DNA of 64,000 bases from the NCBI RefSeq assembly GCF_006345805.1, contig NC_043000.1, positions 156,550,001 to 156,614,000 on the forward strand. The letters run 5' to 3'. Positions 63,245 to 64,000 of this stretch are shown here, piece after piece. The notes under the pieces were generated by a model that did no database searches, was not told the DNA's origin, and saw nothing but the letters and a program-made list of their open reading frames with translations. The translations under genes and the position numbers were made by a program. Each line of letters opens with the position of its first letter. The stretch's first letter is position 1. Source of the DNA: Octopus sinensis (taxonomy: Eukaryota).

Positions 63245-63703
63245 GTAAGTCTCTCTTCTATTTTTAATTATTATAAATCTTCCACGGAGGAGGGAGCCGG
63301 TTTCCAACAAAGATACAAGGTTTCCTCTTTGGATGTAGTTAACACAGACAATTTACATTTGGAACTTAAGAAAAGTCTTGCATACTTTTACTGCTCCACT
63401 CACAGATTGGACTTGTACGAATCAGCCGGCCAATTTCTCTTTCTAAACATCCCAGTTTATCCAGATTCTCCTTTAAGTATTTACTACTGCTCCAATTGTT
63501 ATTGATATGAATATGAATTCAGAGTCTTGATATAGAAGCTGGAGTTTTCGAAGCAGTGGTCTATAGATATTGTCTTTTTCTTTGATTTTCAAAGAGATAT
63601 ATCTGCAGGGCAGCTAACCTCTATGATGGTACATACTTTGCCTCTCTGTCCCAAACAACAATATCTGGCCTGTTATTCTTGCATTTGACAGAATGTATGT
63701 ATG

Positions 63704-63735
<32 letters not shown>

Positions 63736-63990
63736 TGTATGTATGTATGTATGTATGTATGTCATACATACAAGAGTCATCTTCGTAGTCATAAAGCGAG
63801 ACAGATGAGTGACAATCTGGCCACTGGTGGTGGTGTAACACACCATACTAATCATATCTGTCGGGCATGTGGAAGAGAGTGTAATTCGGCGGGAGGACTT
63901 AAACGACATGCAAAGGTACATGAAGCCCAGTTACAACTACAGCCGGCTATTACCAGTAAAGGTTATAGTTGCCAATTTTGTACAAGACAT
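63245..63990 (-). mobile_element. RLE-type LINE 3' end interrupted by (ATGT)n
   Basis: CKNNRPDIVVWDRE..IIEVSCPAD..KEKDNIY.PLL..LQLLY (PD-(D/E)xK). Confidence 0.8.
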
Positions 63991-64000
63991 TGTAGATCTT

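Overview
Repeat-saturated, AT-rich animal genomic DNA, very probably octopus (inferred from the SINE families and the extreme density of (TA)n, (CA)n, (TATC)n and (CATA)n microsatellites). I found no confident protein-coding gene, tRNA or rRNA gene; most ORFs in the supplied track are microsatellite translations. The window is a mosaic of: three tRNA-derived SINE families (labelled A, B, C here); decayed LINEs (CR1-group, RTE, L1/Tx1, R4/Dong-like and other RLE-type); a Penelope-like element (PLE) with a GIY-YIG remnant; mariner fragments; an autonomous Helitron remnant and two non-autonomous Helitrons; a Crypton-like element; two tiny TG..CA elements with 5-bp target-site duplications; many foldback/MITE palindromes; local duplications; and a 100-N gap. 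The most notable signal is a set of hammerhead-ribozyme motifs in several unrelated short non-coding elements, two of them flanked by (TA)n on both sides. Three motifs have intact catalytic cores (12804-12873 minus, 20522-20594 plus, and its duplicate 21310-21383), two carry the compensatory U3-A8 core pair, and others are relics. This suggests a retrozyme/PLE-dependent family set. All coordinates and alignments were read by eye, and family names are by resemblance, not database search.
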